A stretch of DNA of 64,000 nucleotides from Elusimicrobiales bacterium (GCA_038204165.1 JBBRDG010000002.1:25832-89831), one strand, 5' to 3'; numbered from the stretch's first letter, positions 16,124 to 25,988 are shown. The notes: generated from the letters alone by a model not told the origin. Numbers and translations: made by a program.

Positions 16124-17131
16124 ATGCTTAAACGATCTATCCTCGTTCTTGCCGCCGCGGCGTGCGCCGCCGGCTGTGGAAAAAAAGAGGACGCCGCGTA
16201 TGTGCAGTCCGCTTACATTATGAGCGTGCCGGCCCAGGTGAAGGTTTACGGGGCCGACGAGGCCGCCGGCAAACCTATAGCCGACGCCATCCTGGCGGAA
16301 TTCAAGCGCGTTGACGACGAGTTCAGTTTTACTAAACCTTACAGCCAGACCTCGCTGGTCAACAAGAAGGCTGCCGCCGGCTGGGTGAAAGTGGACGACG
16401 AATTCCTGCGCCTGTTAGGGCTTTCCCTCAGTTATTCGCAACTTACCGGCGGAGCTTTCGACATAACCTTCGCGCCCCTCTGGCCCATCTGGAAGGAAGC
16501 CGCCTCCAGCCGCAAGATGCCAGCTAAAGAGGAAATAGCCCGTGCGCTGGAGAACATTGGTTCCAACAACGTGCAGGTGGACGCGGCCCGCGGAATGGTG
16601 CACTTTCTTAAGCCCGTGCAGATCAACATGGGCGGGATCCTCCGCGGCTATTGTTTTGTGCGGGCTTACGGCATTCTGAAGCAGGCCGCGCCGGCTTACC
16701 CTGTAGAGGTAAGGCTGGGCGGGAATATGCTGGCCTACGGCAAGCGGGAATGGGAATACGAAGTTGCCGACCCGTTTAATGACGATAAAACCTACGGCTC
16801 GATCCGTTTCAATCAGGGCGTGGTGATGTCCTCATCAGGGCGCGAGCATTTTGTGCAGGTAGAGGGGAAATTGTATTCTCATATCCTGGACCTGAAGACC
16901 GGCTATCCGCTTGAGAATTTTTCCAACCTTGTAGTTTACTTTCCGCGCATGGAGAACGAAAACTACCTGGCGTCCGCCATGCTGGCGGTGATGGGCAGGG
17001 AGAAGGCGTTCAGCCTGATGTCTAACATGAAAGGTTCCACCGCCGTCTGGATAGACGGGCAGGGGCAGGAGAGCGTGCTTACTACGCCCACCAGCACCGC
17101 GACGTGGAAAAGGAAAAAGAGTTTCTTCTAG
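16124..17131 (+). CDS. apbE: FAD:protein FMN transferase (ApbE family lipoprotein)
   Basis: Lipoprotein-like leader ending AAGCG. ApbE blocks GGAFDITFAPL, GGILRGY and SSSG. 335 aa. Confidence 0.8.
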   Translation: MLKRSILVLAAAACAAGCGKKEDAAYVQSAYIMSVPAQVKVYGADEAAGKPIADAILAEFKRVDDEFSFTKPYSQTSLVNKKAAAGWVKVDDEFLRLLGLSLSYSQLTGGAFDITFAPLWPIWKEAASSRKMPAKEEIARALENIGSNNVQVDAARGMVHFLKPVQINMGGILRGYCFVRAYGILKQAAPAYPVEVRLGGNMLAYGKREWEYEVADPFNDDKTYGSIRFNQGVVMSSSGREHFVQVEGKLYSHILDLKTGYPLENFSNLVVYFPRMENENYLASAMLAVMGREKAFSLMSNMKGSTAVWIDGQGQESVLTTPTSTATWKRKKSFF

Positions 17132-17147
17132 GGGTGCTGGATAAAAT

Positions 17148-17177
17148 AAAAAAGCCCGGGATAACCCGGGCTTTTTT
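17148..17177. terminator. bidirectional rho-independent terminator
   Basis: AAAAAAGCCCGGG-ATAA-CCCGGGCTTTTTT lies between the convergent apbE and asparaginase-like genes, flanked by an A-run and a T-run. Confidence 0.75.
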
Positions 17178-17189
17178 GTTGTAAGGGCT

Positions 17190-17678
17190 CTATCTGATCT
17201 CTTCGAACTCGCCTTTAACCTTGTTCTTGCGCACGTTATCCCAGTTGAAGTGCCTGCCGTTCATGGCGATGTACACGCCGGGGGGCAGCACCTGCGCGAA
17301 CGACAGCGCGGAACCGAGGTTGAACATACCGTCTGAGGAGCCGAACTTGTAGGGGACCATGGCGCCGGTGAGCACCACGGTCTTATCCTTAATTTTCGGC
17401 CCGAGCACGGCAGCGGTCTCGGGCATGGTGTCGGTCCCGTGCGTGATGACGACGCGCTTTTCGGCGCAGGCCAGGCATTCCGCCAGGATCCTGGCGCGGT
17501 GCGGGGCTTTCATCAACAGGCTGTCGATCATCATCAGGGTCTTTACTTTTACCGGCACGCGCGAGCGTCCCAGCTTGAGCATTTCCTGCAGGTGGGTCTC
17601 GCGGAAGAACAGCTCGCCGTTGAGCTCGTTGTACTCCTTGTCGAAAGTCCCGCCGGTGATGAGCAGTTTTATCGTCAT
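17190..17678 (-). CDS. short asparaginase-domain protein (N-terminal catalytic domain only)
   Basis: 162 aa. Asparaginase catalytic motifs TGGT (LITGGTFDK) and HGTDTM are present. The C-terminal domain of canonical ~330-aa enzymes is absent. Confidence 0.65.
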   Translation of the reverse strand: MTIKLLITGGTFDKEYNELNGELFFRETHLQEMLKLGRSRVPVKVKTLMMIDSLLMKAPHRARILAECLACAEKRVVITHGTDTMPETAAVLGPKIKDKTVVLTGAMVPYKFGSSDGMFNLGSALSFAQVLPPGVYIAMNGRHFNWDNVRKNKVKGEFEEIR

Positions 17679-17682
17679 TATC

Positions 17683-19125
17683 TTATTTCCTGCCGTCCTT
17701 GAGGAAGGCCAGGTAGCCTTTATACGCCATGTAGATGTCCAGCTTGCCGGCCAGTTCCATAGGGGCGTGCATAGAGAACAGGCCCACGCCGCAGTCCACC
17801 ACCTGCATGCCGTAGCGGGCCATCAGGTAGGCGATGGTGCCGCCGCCGCCCTGGTCCACCTTGCCCAGCTCTCCGGTCTGCCACAGCACGCCGTTCTTGT
17901 CGAAGATGCGGCGGATATGCGCCATGAATTCGGCGCTGGCGTCGGAGGAGCCGGACTTGCCGCGGGAGCCTGTGTACTTGGTCACGCAGACGCCGTGGTT
18001 CAGGAGCGCGGAGTTGCGCTTGTCGGAGACGGTGGGGAACATCGGGTCGAACAGCGCGTTTACGTCGGCGGAAAGCATCCATGAGTTATGCAGGCCGCGT
18101 TTCAGCGTGAGCTCGTTGTAGGACTCGGAAGTGAGGTTCAGCAGCTCGGAGGCGGCGTTCTCGAAGAGGTTGGAGGCCATACCGGTGGCGCCGACAGAGC
18201 CGATCTCTTCCTTATCGCAGAGCAGCACGCAGGAAGTGTACTCGGGGATACCTTTCATGTCGAGCAGCGCCTTCAGGCCGGCGTAAGCGCAGACGCGGTC
18301 GTCGTGGCCGTAGGCCAGGATCATAGAGCGGTCGATGCCGGCTTCGCGCGGGGCGGTCGCGGGGACCATCTCCAGCTCGGCCGACAGGAAATCCTCTTCG
18401 GTTATGCCGTACTTGGCGTTCAGCAGCTTGAGGACGTTGTACTTGAACTTTTCCTTGCGGTCCTTCTCGGCCACCGGGATGGAGCCGGCCATCACGTCCA
18501 GGCCCTCGCCCGGGATGGCTTCGCTCATGGGCTTTTTGCCCTGGTCGGCGCCGAGGTGCGGCAGCAGGTCGGTGATGCAGAACACCGGGTCCGCGGGATC
18601 CTCGCCGATAGTTACCTTTATGGTTTTGCCGTCGGGCTTTACGAACACGCCGTGCAGCGCCAGCGGGATGGTCACCCACTGGTACTTCTTGATGCCGCCG
18701 TAGTAATGGGTGTCCAGCAGCGCCATGTCGCCGCTTTCATAAAGCGGATTCTGCTTTAGGTCGATGCGGGGGGAATCGGTATGGCCGCCCACGATGTGCA
18801 TGCCGGCTTCGAAGGGCTTCTTGCCCACGACCAGCGCCATCAGCGTCTTGCCCTCGCTGGAGCGGTAGACTTTGTCGCCGGGGACCAGCTTGGTGCCGGT
18901 CTTCTCATAGCCGCGCATATCTTTGAAGCCGCCGGCCTGGAGCAGCAGTACGGCCTCGTCGTGGGCCTCGCGCTCGGTCTTGGCTTTGCCGATGTATTCC
19001 AGGTAGGTTTTATTAATCTCGTCAGAGCGTTTAAGGTCGGCGGGCGAGACGCGCTCGTAGCCGTTCTTGCTGGTGAAAGAGAGGTCCTGCTGCTTGCCGG
19101 CCTTTTTTGCGGGTTTATTTTTCAT
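17683..19125 (-). CDS. M18-family aminopeptidase (aspartyl aminopeptidase-like)
   Basis: 480 aa. Motifs HIVGGHTDSPRIDLK, YGHDDRVC, CDKEEIGS and a C-terminal SMHAP block are typical of M18 enzymes. Confidence 0.8.
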   Translation of the reverse strand: MKNKPAKKAGKQQDLSFTSKNGYERVSPADLKRSDEINKTYLEYIGKAKTEREAHDEAVLLLQAGGFKDMRGYEKTGTKLVPGDKVYRSSEGKTLMALVVGKKPFEAGMHIVGGHTDSPRIDLKQNPLYESGDMALLDTHYYGGIKKYQWVTIPLALHGVFVKPDGKTIKVTIGEDPADPVFCITDLLPHLGADQGKKPMSEAIPGEGLDVMAGSIPVAEKDRKEKFKYNVLKLLNAKYGITEEDFLSAELEMVPATAPREAGIDRSMILAYGHDDRVCAYAGLKALLDMKGIPEYTSCVLLCDKEEIGSVGATGMASNLFENAASELLNLTSESYNELTLKRGLHNSWMLSADVNALFDPMFPTVSDKRNSALLNHGVCVTKYTGSRGKSGSSDASAEFMAHIRRIFDKNGVLWQTGELGKVDQGGGGTIAYLMARYGMQVVDCGVGLFSMHAPMELAGKLDIYMAYKGYLAFLKDGRK

Positions 19126-19210
19126 TGCTGCCTCCTGTTAGCGGTTTTGTGCGGAAATCTAAATATATATTAGCATAATCTTTTTGCTATTATAGTACTA
19201 CCAAATTAAC

Positions 19211-20419
19211 ATGAATTCCGACGGCTATTCCAAAAAAGTATTAATTCTCATCTTCTGCCTCAGTCTTTTTAACTATATAGACCGTCAGGTGCTGTATGCG
19301 GTGTTTCCGCTTATCAAGACCGACCTGCGCCTGAGCGATTCCCAGCTGGGCTTCCTGGCCTCCTCGTTCATGATCGTCTACATGTGCTTCGCTCCGTTCA
19401 CGGGCTACCTGGGCGACCGCATCCGCCGCCCGATCATCCTGGGCGTAAGCGCTATTTTCTGGAGCATCTCCACGGTCTTCAGCGGCATCTCAAGGACATA
19501 TAGCCAGCTGATCTTCGCCCGCTCCGCGGTGGGCATAGGCGAGGCGGGCTACGCCACCGTCTCCCCGTCTTTCCTGGCCGAATGGTTCCCGGTAGAAAAA
19601 AGGGCCAGGGTGATGGCCCTTTACGCGCTGGCTATTCCGGCCGGCAGCGCGGTGGGCTACCTGCTGGGCGGCTACCTGGGGCAGCGTTTCGGCTGGCGGA
19701 ACGCCTTCTTCATTGTGGCCGTGCCCGGCATGCTGCTGGGCCTCGCGTCGTTCTTTCTGCACGAAACGCCGGAAAAAAAAGAGCGCTCCGAGCATGTACC
19801 GCTTAAGGGTTACCTGGCGCTGTTCAGGAACCGGACCTACCTGCTGATCTGCCTTTCCCAGGCCATAGGGACTTTCTCCATAGGCGGCCTGGCCGCTTGG
19901 ATGCCCTCTTATTTTGTGCGTTCTTTTGAGATGTCTGTCGCCAGGGCAGGTTTCCTGTTCGGCGCGGTTACGGTGTGCGCGGGCATAGCGGGCAGCTTTG
20001 CCGGCGGCTGGGCGGCTGACTGGCTGCGCAGGCGCACCAGGCGCGCCTATTTCATAGTGGGTTACCTGAGTTTTTTTCTGAGCATTCCGTTCGGGGTGTC
20101 GGCGGTTATCACGTCCGACCTCAACGTCGCGCTCGCGATGATCTTTCTGGCCGAGTTCTTTATCTTCGCCTATTCCGGGCCCTATCACGCCGCTATCGTA
20201 GAGACTGTGCCGGTCACCATGCGCTCCATGGCCTTCGCGCTCAACATCTTCATCATCCACGCGCTGGGTGACGCGGTCTCGCCGTTCCTGCTGGGCATTG
20301 TGTCCGACGCCTCCGGCCTGCCGGTGGCTATCTTCCTCGCCATGCTCTACCTGCTGCTGGGCGGAGTTACCTCGATTCTTGCGGGCGAAACTTACAAAAA
20401 GGATTTCCACATAGCATGA
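19211..20419 (+). CDS. MFS transporter (Spinster-like)
   Basis: 12 predicted TM helices. MFS motif A-like GYLGDRIRRP between TM2 and TM3. Confidence 0.8.
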   Translation: MNSDGYSKKVLILIFCLSLFNYIDRQVLYAVFPLIKTDLRLSDSQLGFLASSFMIVYMCFAPFTGYLGDRIRRPIILGVSAIFWSISTVFSGISRTYSQLIFARSAVGIGEAGYATVSPSFLAEWFPVEKRARVMALYALAIPAGSAVGYLLGGYLGQRFGWRNAFFIVAVPGMLLGLASFFLHETPEKKERSEHVPLKGYLALFRNRTYLLICLSQAIGTFSIGGLAAWMPSYFVRSFEMSVARAGFLFGAVTVCAGIAGSFAGGWAADWLRRRTRRAYFIVGYLSFFLSIPFGVSAVITSDLNVALAMIFLAEFFIFAYSGPYHAAIVETVPVTMRSMAFALNIFIIHALGDAVSPFLLGIVSDASGLPVAIFLAMLYLLLGGVTSILAGETYKKDFHIA

Positions 20420-21063
20420 AAGACTTATTCGAAGTAGTAAAAGAAACCCCGGAACTGCTGGTGATAAACAAGCCCTCCGGCCTGCTCACCATGCCGGCGC
20501 GCGGCGACCTGGCAAAGGAGAAACACCTGGTGGGGCTGCTGCACCAGAAGTTCGGCAAGGTCTACGTAACCCACCGCCTCGACCGCGACGCCAGCGGCCT
20601 GATAATTTTCGCGCGCACGGCCGTCGCCCACCGCTATTACTCCGGGCTCTTCGAGACCCGCGAGGTGGAGAAGCATTACCTGGTAGTGGTGGAGGGCAAG
20701 ATCGAGGAGAAGCGGGGCGAGATCGACAAGCCGCTTAAAGAGCGCGGCTCCGGCCGGATGTCGGTGGTTTTCGACGGGAAAAGGTCGCTCACCAGGTATT
20801 CCGTCATGGAAAAACTAAAAGCCTCCACGATCCTGGACGTTTCCATTGTGACCGGCCGGCGCCACCAGATAAGGGCGCATATGTATTCCATCGAGCACCC
20901 GGTGCTGGGGGATAAAATGTACGGCGACGCCGTGAAGCAGGCCAGGTATCCCCGGCTGATGCTGCATTCCTGGAAGCTCAAATTTAAGGATATGGGCGGC
21001 AAGACCCTCTCCTTCGAGGTCTATCCGCCCGCTGATTTTATGGGCGTGCTGAAAGTGCTCTGA
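20416..21063 (+). CDS. RluA-family pseudouridine synthase
   Basis: Catalytic motif HRLDRDASGLIIFA and downstream GRRHQIRAH. ATGA overlap with the MFS gene stop. Confidence 0.85.
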   Translation: MKDLFEVVKETPELLVINKPSGLLTMPARGDLAKEKHLVGLLHQKFGKVYVTHRLDRDASGLIIFARTAVAHRYYSGLFETREVEKHYLVVVEGKIEEKRGEIDKPLKERGSGRMSVVFDGKRSLTRYSVMEKLKASTILDVSIVTGRRHQIRAHMYSIEHPVLGDKMYGDAVKQARYPRLMLHSWKLKFKDMGGKTLSFEVYPPADFMGVLKVL

Positions 21064-21148
21064 AATAATATAGAATCCGGGGTATAAGCAGGGGTGAAAC
21101 TTCGCGGTTCCGGCCGCATCTAATTATTCGGGATAGATAGGAGGGGTT

Positions 21149-21355
21149 ATGATAACTAAAAATATCGGCAGCACCGACAGGATTATAAGGATAGTGGTCG
21201 GGCTGGCTTTGTTCTTTGCGGCCTACAGCACCGGCGGCGCCGCCGCCATAGTGCTGATCGTCGCCGCAGTGATAGCGCTGGCTACCGGCCTTGTAGGCTG
21301 GTGCGGCCTGTATGCTCTGCTCGGGATCAACACCTGCAGGATAGACAAGCCGTAG
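21149..21355 (+). CDS. DUF2892 (YgaP-like) small membrane protein
   Basis: 68 aa. N-terminal N.GSTDRIIR motif, two TM helices and C-terminal CGLYALLGINTC. Confidence 0.7.
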   Translation: MITKNIGSTDRIIRIVVGLALFFAAYSTGGAAAIVLIVAAVIALATGLVGWCGLYALLGINTCRIDKP

Positions 21356-21359
21356 TCGC

Positions 21360-24300
21360 CTACTTCGCTGATAATTCCAGTTCAGCGGAGACCTCTGCTC
21401 CCCCGGTCAGGAAGGTTATTTTTACCTTCTGTCCGGGGGAGAGTTTTTTGAGCGCCTCGGAATAGGCTTTCAGCCCGTCCACGGGTTCGCCGTTCAAAAC
21501 TATGATCACGTCCCCGGCCCTGAAGGGCGTGCCGGCCAGCGGTGAGCCAGGGGTTACGTCCTGCGCCCTCACGCCTTTGCCCTGAAAGGTGAAGTCGGGC
21601 ACCAGGCCGGTGGAAACTTTGCGAGCCGGCCCCGAGGCCTTTACCGCCCCCGCCGCGCCGGAGGGGCGGGTGAGGAAGTCGGAATCTCCGGCCAGGTAGT
21701 CTATGATCTCGCGCGCAAATTCTGCCTGCTTTAAGATGCCGGGCACGTCAATTTTTTCTGCCGTGTCGGTAGGCTTGTGGTAGTCCGCCTTCGGGCCGCT
21801 GAAGAACTGCACCGCCGGCACGCCCTTCGCTATGAAGGAAACCTGGTCGCTGGAATCCAGGTCCTCTTTTACCAGGTCATAGTCCGTGCCAGTCACGAAA
21901 CCGGCCCCGCGGAAAATATGAACCCATTTGTCCGAAGAGCCGGAGCCCAGCACCAGGATCTTCCCGCCGTCCAGGCGGCCGACTGTGTCGAAGTTGAGGT
22001 CGGCGTTTATCTTTTCTATCCGCGCCGCCGGCAGGCCGGCCAGGAAGGCTCTAGAACCGGCCAGGCCGGTTTCTTCGCCGTCGAAAGCCGCGAAGACGAT
22101 CGAGCGGGGAGCGGGATGTTTACCGTAGTAGCGCGCCAGCTCCAGCAGCAGCGCTACGCCGGAAGCGTTGTCGTCCGCGCCGGGAAAGACCGCCCCGCCG
22201 GCTGGCGGCAGGTGGTCGTAATGCGCGGACAATACCAGGGTTTCGGACTTCTTCTCGCTGCCAGTTGCCAGGCCGAGGATATTGGCCTGGCCCGGCTTGT
22301 CCGAAGCTTGAGTGAATCCCGGGCCCTCGAACGGTTTCAGCCCGGCTTTTGCAAATTCCGCGCTGATATACGCCGCGGCCTTGCGCTGGCCGGGTGTTCC
22401 GGGGCTCCTGCCTCCTGGCAGGGCGGCCAGGGTCTCAACGTCGCGCTTTACCCGTGTGGCCGAGAATAGCGAGGGCGGCACGGCCAGGGCCGTTCTGGGG
22501 TGGGGACTAGGATTTATAGTTCCGCCGCCGGGCAGGTTGCGGGCCAACGGGGACGAGGAGACCTCCCATAATCCTGTAGCTATGGAATTCATCCCGCTGT
22601 CGAAAACCAGCCAGGAATATTTGCCGTAATGAGGCAGCTTTACGGCCAGCAGCGGCAGCTTCTCCGGGTTCCCGGAGATTATCAGCCCGGCCGAAGGGCC
22701 GGCAAAGACGAAAGTGTTGCCCTGCCGCGGGAAGCGCCGGTTGGCGATGGTAACGGTGTCAGTTGAAAAGCGCGCGCCGTAAATTTCAAGGCCAGTTTCA
22801 AGCTCCGGGGCCAGCCGGTTCTCCGCTCCCAGCGCCCAGTAAGCGCCGGCGGGGGCCGGGCTAGTGTCCGCAAGCATCAAGGGCAGGTTTTCCTTGTCCT
22901 TGGCCCACGCCTCGGCTAGCGCGCGCCAGGGCAGGGCCGCGGGACCGGAGGGCAGGACCATGCCTGGCTTCCTGGCGCCCAGCAGGCGAGAAAGGGTGGG
23001 AGGAGTTTCGCCCGGGTCGAGCTTCCTGAAGACGTCGAAGTCCGGGTCTATCTCCAGCCGCTCCGGGCGGATGGGGGAATTGTAGGTATAGGTCTCCTCC
23101 CTGGAATCCATCGTCAGCATTTTAATGCGGGGCTGGCCGAGGCCCTTGAGATAGACGGCGGCCGGTATTTCCAGCGCGTAAGGCGGACTGGCCTGCTTCT
23201 GCTCCAGTGTGAATTGCAGGTCCCAGCCTTCCAGTCCCGGGTTGAGCCTTACGTCCTTCAGCACCAGCTCCGGCGCGCCTTCGCGCTCTATCCACTGTGT
23301 GAAAAATTTGGCCAGCCGCCCGGCCCCGGTGTACTTCTCGAAAGCGGACCTGAGCTCGGTGAAAGAGGCGTACTTGAACTTGTTGGCGGCGTAAAAATCC
23401 CGGAGCGCTCCGCTGAAATTCTCGTCGCCGACGGAGTTTCGGAGCATATGGTAGAACATCAGGGCTTTACCGTAGCCCACGGCCTCGGAGGCCGAGGAGT
23501 GCCGGGAGCGGAAAGCCGTTAGCGGGAAATCCTTGCCCGCCGAAACGTAGTCCGCGTACTTTTGCAGCGTCGCCATGCGGTAGTCGCGTCCCTTGCCGCG
23601 GTTCTCGGCTATCAGGTAGTCGGCCAGGTAGGCGGTGAGGCCTTCGCACCAGTTGCCCTTTTCATAATCAACGAATACGCCGTTGCCCCACCAGTTATGC
23701 AGGATCTCGTGCGGGTAGGAAGAATTTACTATAAAGGGTAGGCGGATCACCTGCGGCCCCAGCAGCGTGAAGGACGGGATGCCGTAGCCTGTTTCCCAGA
23801 AATTCTCCACCAGCGCGAACTTGCCGTAGGGGTAAGGGCCGACCAGGTCCGAGTACATCTTTAGGTATTTCTTGTCCGCCTCAAGGTATTTGTCGGCAAG
23901 GGCCTCGTCAGGTGACCTAAGAAAAACGTAATACGTCAGCGGGCCGTCCTTGGACGAGTACTCGGTGTATTTGCCGCAGGCCAGGGTTATCTCGTCCTGC
24001 GGGACTTTCGATTCCCAGGCTGTCCTGGTTATGCCGCCGGAAGTGCGGTGCTCGGTCCTGTCGCCGCCGGCCACGGAGTCGTAAGGCGCGGGCAGCGCGG
24101 TCCGCAGCCGGAACGTTACTAGCGCGCCGTCGGCGTAAGGGTACCAGCCGGAAGAGCCGGCAAGGTAGCAGCCGTCGGCGGAAATGATCCCCGGGGTTTC
24201 CGAGAAACTGCGTGAATATTCCTCTACCTGCTCGCCGAGAGGGTGCGCAATAGCGCCCGAGTACTTGAAAGTGAAGGAGCGCGCGGGTTTCCGGGACGTG

Positions 24301-24587
24301 AAGCGGTAGCTTTCCATCGGAGCGGCATTAGAAGAGAAGTTTATTCCGTAGGAGGCTCGGGCTTTTTCGGGGGTCAGCGTTTCGAGCGTTCCGCCGGAAG
24401 CTGTCGGGTTTAGGCCGCGGTGCAGGGAGAAGACGTAGTAGGTTGCGGGCTCCGTCAGCGTCACGGTGTCTTCCGCTTCCAGGCGTCCGGTGTCCGGGAA
24501 GAGGCCGACTTTAAGGTCGTGGTTGACCGGCCCTGCCTGGGCGCTGCCCGCCGCCAGCATCAGTGAAACAAATAAAATTCTGAACAT
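21360..24587 (-). CDS. exported tri-domain peptidase: M1 aminopeptidase-like + M28 + C-terminal PDZ
   Basis: Signal peptide MFRILFVSLMLAAGSAQA. M1 gluzincin motif HEILHNWWGN with Glu 18 residues after the second His. M28 blocks SAHYDH, DDNASGVALLLELA and FDGEETGLAGS. PDZ-like end GSPLAG..RAGDVIIVLNGEPV. Confidence 0.8.
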   Translation of the reverse strand: MFRILFVSLMLAAGSAQAGPVNHDLKVGLFPDTGRLEAEDTVTLTEPATYYVFSLHRGLNPTASGGTLETLTPEKARASYGINFSSNAAPMESYRFTSRKPARSFTFKYSGAIAHPLGEQVEEYSRSFSETPGIISADGCYLAGSSGWYPYADGALVTFRLRTALPAPYDSVAGGDRTEHRTSGGITRTAWESKVPQDEITLACGKYTEYSSKDGPLTYYVFLRSPDEALADKYLEADKKYLKMYSDLVGPYPYGKFALVENFWETGYGIPSFTLLGPQVIRLPFIVNSSYPHEILHNWWGNGVFVDYEKGNWCEGLTAYLADYLIAENRGKGRDYRMATLQKYADYVSAGKDFPLTAFRSRHSSASEAVGYGKALMFYHMLRNSVGDENFSGALRDFYAANKFKYASFTELRSAFEKYTGAGRLAKFFTQWIEREGAPELVLKDVRLNPGLEGWDLQFTLEQKQASPPYALEIPAAVYLKGLGQPRIKMLTMDSREETYTYNSPIRPERLEIDPDFDVFRKLDPGETPPTLSRLLGARKPGMVLPSGPAALPWRALAEAWAKDKENLPLMLADTSPAPAGAYWALGAENRLAPELETGLEIYGARFSTDTVTIANRRFPRQGNTFVFAGPSAGLIISGNPEKLPLLAVKLPHYGKYSWLVFDSGMNSIATGLWEVSSSPLARNLPGGGTINPSPHPRTALAVPPSLFSATRVKRDVETLAALPGGRSPGTPGQRKAAAYISAEFAKAGLKPFEGPGFTQASDKPGQANILGLATGSEKKSETLVLSAHYDHLPPAGGAVFPGADDNASGVALLLELARYYGKHPAPRSIVFAAFDGEETGLAGSRAFLAGLPAARIEKINADLNFDTVGRLDGGKILVLGSGSSDKWVHIFRGAGFVTGTDYDLVKEDLDSSDQVSFIAKGVPAVQFFSGPKADYHKPTDTAEKIDVPGILKQAEFAREIIDYLAGDSDFLTRPSGAAGAVKASGPARKVSTGLVPDFTFQGKGVRAQDVTPGSPLAGTPFRAGDVIIVLNGEPVDGLKAYSEALKKLSPGQKVKITFLTGGAEVSAELELSAK

Positions 24588-24693
24588 AAGCCCCCGCTGT
24601 TTGAAAAAATATTACAATATAGTACAACTTTTGAAAACAGGCCGCCTGAGGAGCAGCACTTCCAGCGCGGTACCTCGCAGGAATGGAGAACTT

Positions 24694-25923
24694 ATGAAAC
24701 AAGGACAGAAGACCGCGCTGCTTATCGTGATAGACGCCATGGGCATTTCCACGCTGGAATACCTGCTCTCCAAATATCCCGGCAAGGTTAAACTGCCGAA
24801 CCTCTCCCGCCTGGGCCTGGTTGGCTTACTGGCCCCGGAATTCAGGAAGCGTTTTCCGGGCAAGGCCTCGGGCAAGGCTTACGCCGCGGGCGTCTCACAG
24901 GTTTCCGCCACCGCCGACAGCCTGGTCGGCCACCGCGAGATGATGGGCGTGATAGACCACCGCACCTACGACCTTTTTAACGACGGGTTCAGCAAGGAAT
25001 ACCTGGCCGAGCTGGAACGCCGGATCGGCCGCAAGACCTTCTTTAACAAAATGGCGGGCGGCCTTGAGGCGATAGAGCAGAACGCCGCCGAGCACGAACG
25101 CACGGGCAAGCCCATCGTCTACGCCAGCAAGTGTGACCCGCTGATCCAGCTAGCGATGAACGAGGCGGTCATTCCCGTGCCCGAACAGTACAAGATAGCC
25201 GAGATCGCCTTCGCGCTCGGCCGCGAGATGGGTATCCGCATCACCCGCGCCATCGCGCGCTCTTATATAAGGAACAAGCAGGGGGAGATCATCCGCACCT
25301 CCAACCGGCACGACGCCGTGCTGCCTATCGGCCAGGACACCCTGGTGGACATCCTGCACCGGAACGCGGTCTGGACCGTGGCCGTGGGCAAGACGAGCGA
25401 CCTGGTGAACACCGCCTACCACGCAAAGGTGAAGCTCAATAAGGAGATCTACATCGACCCCGCGCTGAAGCTGCGCTTCGTGCACGCGAAGAAAAAGGAT
25501 ACCAATCCTTTCTCCATTCAGGGCACCATCAACGCGCTGCAGGCCGCGCACTGCGTCTACCGGCCCAAGGGCACTTTTATTTTCAGCAATCTGGTGGACA
25601 CTGACAGCGTGTACGGCCATACCAGAGATATCGAGGGGGGCCTGAAGTCGCTGGAAGAGATAGACAGGACGCTGCCGCTCATTGAGAAGAACCTGGCCAA
25701 GGGCGACCTGCTGGGGCTCACCGCGGACCACGGCATGCTGCACCGCGAGGATTACGGCTACCATAATAACGAGCCGCTGCCCTTCATTGTCTGCCGCAAA
25801 GGCTATGACGGGAAGCTCGGCGGTCTCAAGACCGGACAGCTGCCGGGGCTGGCCGACATCGGGAACGTGTTCGCGCAGTTCTTCGGCTTACAGGGAGAGT
25901 ATAAGAAGATCGTGAAGTTGTAA
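24694..25923 (+). CDS. phosphopentomutase-family protein (divergent DeoB-like, alkaline-phosphatase superfamily)
   Basis: I used the internal ATG at 24694, because the 5' extension of the tracked ORF overlaps the divergent peptidase gene. DeoB-like blocks are LPNLSRLGL, GHREMMG, TGKPIVYAS, RTSNRHD, VGKTSDL, NLVDTDSVYGHTRD, LTADHG and ADIG. Confidence 0.75.
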   Translation: MKQGQKTALLIVIDAMGISTLEYLLSKYPGKVKLPNLSRLGLVGLLAPEFRKRFPGKASGKAYAAGVSQVSATADSLVGHREMMGVIDHRTYDLFNDGFSKEYLAELERRIGRKTFFNKMAGGLEAIEQNAAEHERTGKPIVYASKCDPLIQLAMNEAVIPVPEQYKIAEIAFALGREMGIRITRAIARSYIRNKQGEIIRTSNRHDAVLPIGQDTLVDILHRNAVWTVAVGKTSDLVNTAYHAKVKLNKEIYIDPALKLRFVHAKKKDTNPFSIQGTINALQAAHCVYRPKGTFIFSNLVDTDSVYGHTRDIEGGLKSLEEIDRTLPLIEKNLAKGDLLGLTADHGMLHREDYGYHNNEPLPFIVCRKGYDGKLGGLKTGQLPGLADIGNVFAQFFGLQGEYKKIVKL

Positions 25924-25941
25924 AGGTCCTAGCAATATAAT

Positions 25942-25970
25942 AAGAAAGGCCGGAACTTCCGGCCTTTCTT
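25942..25970. terminator. bidirectional rho-independent terminator
   Basis: AAGAAAGGCCGGAA-CTTCCGGCCTTTCTT palindrome between convergent genes. Confidence 0.7.
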
Positions 25971-25988
25971 ATTTGTGCGCTTGAACTC

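Noticed and set aside
24466-24693. 76-codon N-terminal extension of the phosphopentomutase-like ORF
   Set aside because: The extension overlaps the 5' end of the divergent M1/M28 gene and its promoter region. Homology to DeoB begins right after the internal ATG at 24694.
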